A stretch of DNA of 64,000 nucleotides from Candidatus Bathyarchaeota archaeon (GTDB taxonomy: Archaea; Thermoproteota; Bathyarchaeia; Bathyarchaeales; Bathycorpusculaceae). How positions within the stretch are numbered: the first letter of the stretch is position 1; every line of letters starts with the position of its first letter. The notes below the pieces were generated by a model, which was given only the letters and a program-made list of their open reading frames with translations, had not been told where the DNA came from and ran no database searches. This document shows, piece by piece, positions 60,622 through 64,000 of the stretch. The translations under genes were made by a program, and so were the position numbers. The stretch lies in the NCBI GenBank assembly GCA_963768425.1, contig CAVYHV010000015.1, positions 32,001-96,000 of the forward strand, read 5' to 3'.

Positions 60622-61191
60622 TTAGGGAGGTGCGGGGTAGTAGATGAGTTCTTTTTCTTCGAGTAACGCTTGGATTTTGTCGACTGCTTCGTAAACTTGT
60701 TCTTCTTTTTTCGCTCCTACACAGACAAGTTTGCCAGCTGAGAAAATTAGGAACACGACTTTTGGCTCATCCATGCGGTAAACTGCGCCTGGGAACTGTT
60801 CAGGCTCATACATGACTTTGCTTAGCTTGTAGACAAGGCTTTCGAGGTCAATTTCGCCGCCGAGCTCTGCGGAAGCAACGATGTTTTGAATGTTAACTAT
60901 TGGTTTCTCTGTAATTTGGATGCCTTCGCCGCGAAGTTCCTTCACAACTTTTTCCACAGCGCTACGGGATTCTTTTTCTGACTTTGCGCCTGTGCAAACC
61001 ATTTTGCCAGTGCCGAAAATCAACGTGGCAGTTTTGGGTTTCTTGAGTCTGAAAACTAAGCCTGGGAAAACGCTTGGGTTGTACTCTGTCTGAGGAAACT
61101 TTTCAACTATTTTCTGTAAATCAATTTTCTGATTAAGTGAAACAGAAGCTACAATGTTTTGTATGTTAATAATTGGTTTACGTTTACTCAT
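60622..61191 (-). CDS. tbp: TATA-box-binding protein
   Basis: Two repeats: NIQNIVAS...YNPSVFPGLVFR and YEPEQFPGAVYR. Confidence 0.97.
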   Translation of the reverse strand: MSKRKPIINIQNIVASVSLNQKIDLQKIVEKFPQTEYNPSVFPGLVFRLKKPKTATLIFGTGKMVCTGAKSEKESRSAVEKVVKELRGEGIQITEKPIVNIQNIVASAELGGEIDLESLVYKLSKVMYEPEQFPGAVYRMDEPKVVFLIFSAGKLVCVGAKKEEQVYEAVDKIQALLEEKELIYYPAPP

Positions 61192-61294
61192 GACTTTTCA
61201 CGGGCTTGACTATTTAAATAGAACAGGTGGTATATAACGTAATCCCTTTATAAAGGCTTTATATATGGCGAGCCGCGGTTCTGTAACGTCTTCG

Positions 61295-61555
61295 TCAGGC
61301 TTTTCTCTGTAAACTTTCGTCTGTTCGTGCCTTCAATGGTATCATGTAGGGAATTGCTTTTCGTGGTACAACTTCAAAAGCATAAAGGATACCATCAATT
61401 CCTTGCGCTGAAACCATTTTCATGCTTTTTGTTGATACATCAATGAAATGGGTTACTTCAATTATTTTATTTCCTTTGAGTGGCACATCGCATTCATGAG
61501 CATTAAACTTTTCATCTGAAAGCAATGATTTACAGTATGAACATTTTATGATCAA
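61295..61555 (-). CDS. Small zinc-finger-like passenger protein
   Basis: CSYC...FNAHEC; the stop codon lies within the left TIR. Confidence 0.65.
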   Translation of the reverse strand: MIIKCSYCKSLLSDEKFNAHECDVPLKGNKIIEVTHFIDVSTKSMKMVSAQGIDGILYAFEVVPRKAIPYMIPLKARTDESLQRKA

Positions 61556-61737
61556 GAGCCCTCTAAACCTCCCGAAATAAAACCGTCATCTTTGTTTTTG
61601 CCTTTTTTATCAAAACTGTGTAGAATTTTGTTCTCTTTTTCTAACCGCTCATTTTCTTTCGCTAACTCATTATATAGCTTTAGCGTGGGCGCTTCTTCTA
61701 GCTTGAACTTTTCTCGCCCTTCTAATCTGACTACCAT
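61552..61737 (-). CDS. Small hypothetical passenger protein
   Basis: 61 aa, GAGG upstream, 4-bp overlap with the next ORF. Confidence 0.5.
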   Translation of the reverse strand: MVVRLEGREKFKLEEAPTLKLYNELAKENERLEKENKILHSFDKKGKNKDDGFISGGLEGS

Positions 61738-61911
61738 AACTAGAACCTCTTTGACCTGAATAACTCAAATTTAATCATCCTCAATAGAAAAATAATGGAG
61801 CAGACGAAAGTTTACATGGAGAAGAAACAGACGAAGACGTTACAGAACCCGAGCCGCCGCCAATTAGCGTCAAAAAATCTGATCCTCAGATTGTTCTTCG
61901 GCGTCGCCACT

Positions 61912-62646
61912 TTATTGGTAGAGCGGGAACCTTAGCAAGGCTGCGATGCCTCCTAGACTTAGGAGTTTTGCTCCTGCTTCATGTTCTGTGCTGATTACGT
62001 TTACGTTTGCACGGCGCCTCTCCGCTTCCCGCATGAGTCCCTCAAGCTTTAGCCGCTGCGCTTCGTCGGCATCGCGAATAGCTGTGTCTGCAATCACAAG
62101 TTTCTCAACTGCTCCCAAATTGACTGCGTTCTCCACAGAATCAAACCCATAGGTTACTGTGCCTTCGCCTTTGCCAAGCCGCTTCATGACTTCCTCGATG
62201 GACTCCATTTCCTCCAAGAAGCGAAGTTTGTGGGAAGCCTTCAACAAAACACCGCTGCGCAATGCTTCGTCGATGCCTGCTGTTCCGCCGTTATTGACGC
62301 TTTTGATGTCAGCGACACATTTGGATATTTCCGGGGCTTCTTCATTTAGGTATCTTACGAAGTCAGTTTTGACGTAACCAGCGCCTATGATAACGATTGG
62401 GTTGCGGTTTGGGGTCCAAAGTTTCTCGAGGCTGTTCAAAGCCAAGCGAAAGTATGCTTTTGTTGCTTCTACCCGTTTGTCAGCTTCATGTTTTCCGGGG
62501 AGCCGCATGCGTTGTTCCACTCGGGTTTCGTACCCGTACTGTTTGGTTTCTGCTATGGCGAAGCCTTCGTCGTCGATCGAAATTATCAGCATAGGTTTCT
62601 CGGTTTGACTTGCTTTCTCAAGTCTGTCTAGCAGGTGAGCTGCCAC
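61912..62646 (-). CDS. pelA: Pelota, C-terminal part (frameshift near 62645)
   Basis: GGTAGIDEALRSG, VTYG..V..A...GAVEKL and STEHEAGAKLLSLGGIAALLRF. Confidence 0.88.
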   Translation of the reverse strand: MAAHLLDRLEKASQTEKPMLIISIDDEGFAIAETKQYGYETRVEQRMRLPGKHEADKRVEATKAYFRLALNSLEKLWTPNRNPIVIIGAGYVKTDFVRYLNEEAPEISKCVADIKSVNNGGTAGIDEALRSGVLLKASHKLRFLEEMESIEEVMKRLGKGEGTVTYGFDSVENAVNLGAVEKLVIADTAIRDADEAQRLKLEGLMREAERRRANVNVISTEHEAGAKLLSLGGIAALLRFPLYQ

Positions 62647-62987
62647 TCGGTCTTTACAATAGTCACAGGTTTATCGAGCGAAATACTTAGTGTGTGATGG
62701 GCTCCGGTGGGGATGATGTCAGGTGCATGGCAGATTAATCCGTGGACGCGCAGCCTGCCGAGGAATTTGTCCCAACTGACCGATTCCACTTTGACCCCCA
62801 TAAAAGCGGAAACACGTTCGGCGCTTTTCGGACGACTCGTTTCAGTGTCGCTTTTTATGGCTCTACTGCTGTATGCGTAGACCTCATCGCTCTTGTAAAT
62901 GACGTTGTAGAGGTGCCACAAGTCATCCGGCGAGTCAGGAACCACTTTGACGAAACCTTGCCGCAGGTTTTTCTCGATAATCTTCAC
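62628..62987 (-). CDS. pelA: Pelota, N-terminal part
   Basis: VKVVPDSPDDLWHLYNVI...RLRVHG...GAHHTL. Confidence 0.88.
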   Translation of the reverse strand: MKIIEKNLRQGFVKVVPDSPDDLWHLYNVIYKSDEVYAYSSRAIKSDTETSRPKSAERVSAFMGVKVESVSWDKFLGRLRVHGLICHAPDIIPTGAHHTLSISLDKPVTIVKTEWQLTC

Positions 62988-63143
62988 AACACGCACTTCT
63001 AGTGAGGCTAATTGCGCACAAAGAAATAAAAACATATTACTGCTTTGTTTTCAAAACCAGAATCTTTCAAACAAGCGCAAACCAATTTGTGGACAAACCT
63101 TAAATTTTCCTATTTCCCTAGTTTATCTGTTAACTATTTTTAG

Positions 63144-63515
63144 GTGAGTTTTATGTCTGAAACGTTTGAAGGTTTCATGTGCAAATATATCCAGGGTCAA
63201 ACACTCATTTTCAAAAAATACCTCTTAGCAGCATTAGACAGCCAGGACAAATCTCTCTGCTACTTAGATATGAGTATGGGAACACCTCTCCCGTCGATGG
63301 ATGTCAAGAACTGCGAGTTGCTTACTGACGCTGGTCTTTTCCGTGAAGAAGTCAAAACTACTCGGGATGGCCGCAACAGATACGAACTGTTTTACCTGAC
63401 TGATTTAGGCATGGAAATGGTAGAGAAAATTAAAGAACAAAACTACACAGAGGATATTCCTCAAAGCCTCCAAGTTGCGGGATCCGCAAGCGAACAAACT
63501 AAACTGCAGCAATAA
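63144..63515 (+). CDS. Hypothetical protein (possible winged-helix wing)
   Basis: LTDAGLFREE...RNRYELFYLTDLG pattern. Confidence 0.6.
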   Translation: MSFMSETFEGFMCKYIQGQTLIFKKYLLAALDSQDKSLCYLDMSMGTPLPSMDVKNCELLTDAGLFREEVKTTRDGRNRYELFYLTDLGMEMVEKIKEQNYTEDIPQSLQVAGSASEQTKLQQ

Positions 63516-63584
63516 AATAAAACGCTATCTTATTCTAAAAGAGAAAAGAGTTCGGGAAAAAAAATTCCCGTTTTTTTCTGCTGA

Positions 63585-64000
63585 CTAAATTAGATGTAGC
63601 AGGTTGATGAATAGCGGGATGAAGACGATTGATAGTGTGCTGAGCAGTTTTATCAGTACATGAAGGCTTGGTCCTGCAGTGTCTTTTAATGGGTCGCCGA
63701 CTGTGTCGCCTACTACCGCTGCTGCGTGAGCTGGCGAGCCTTTGCCGCCGTATTTGCCGGTTTCAATGAATTTCTTTGCATTGTCCCATGCTCCACCGCC
63801 AGTATTCATGAATAGTGCTAGAGGAACAGCCGATATTGTTGCGCCGATTACGAATGCGCCTACAGCTTCAGGTCCCAGAAGGACACCGATTATTATTGGA
63901 ACGATGACAAGGATTAGTCCTGGAAGCACCATGCCTTTTAATGCAGCTTTTGTGCTGATGTCTACTGCTTTGCCGTATTCGGGTTTGCCTGTGCCTTCCA
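63585..64000 (-). CDS. hppA: Membrane-bound H+/Na+-translocating pyrophosphatase, C-terminal part (runs off the window)
   Basis: GGAWDNAKKFIE and HAAAVVGDTVGDPLKDTAGPSL. Confidence 0.95.
   Translation of the reverse strand, partial: EGTGKPEYGKAVDISTKAALKGMVLPGLILVIVPIIIGVLLGPEAVGAFVIGATISAVPLALFMNTGGGAWDNAKKFIETGKYGGKGSPAHAAAVVGDTVGDPLKDTAGPSLHVLIKLLSTLSIVFIPLFINLLHLI

Larger units (their letters stand above)
61277..61849. mobile_element. 573-bp non-autonomous element with IS6-like ends and two passenger ORFs
   Basis: Perfect 20-bp outer TIR GGTTCTGTAACGTCTTCGTC, extending imperfectly to ~50 bp; 8-bp TSD CGAGCCGC at 61269-61276 and 61850-61857. Confidence 0.9.

Overview
Archaeal chromosomal window. 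Gene content and style (TBP, TFS, pelota, Lrp/AsnC regulators, PAS-rich sensors, four large secreted beta-propeller surface proteins, a methanofuran biosynthesis cluster) point by inference to Bathyarchaeia. Layout: 0-9 kb signalling genes; 9.3-25 kb accessory zone; 26-49 kb surface protein, MMPL, mfnB-A-D-F-E and housekeeping genes; 49.6-56 kb small-gene accessory zone ending at the RNase P RNA gene; 56.5-64 kb core genes. The most interesting unannotated structure is non-coding. (1) A conserved ~38-bp motif occurs five times in the same orientation, interspersed with degenerate tRNA-3'-end remnants, and brackets small gene cassettes including two RelE toxin-antitoxin pairs, resembling an integron-like accretion array. 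(2) A 25-bp direct repeat of the rnpB 3' end delimits a 1.9-kb island. (3) A 573-bp non-autonomous element with IS6-like ends and an 8-bp TSD sits just upstream of tbp. (4) Two 130-bp MITEs are inserted into hairpin loops. (5) The four surface-protein paralogues look mosaic, and three share a downstream hairpin element. Many genes, including pelota, carry single-base frameshifts, most likely assembly errors. No integrase, transposase, CRISPR array or intact tRNA was recognised. All calls were made by eye without database searches.
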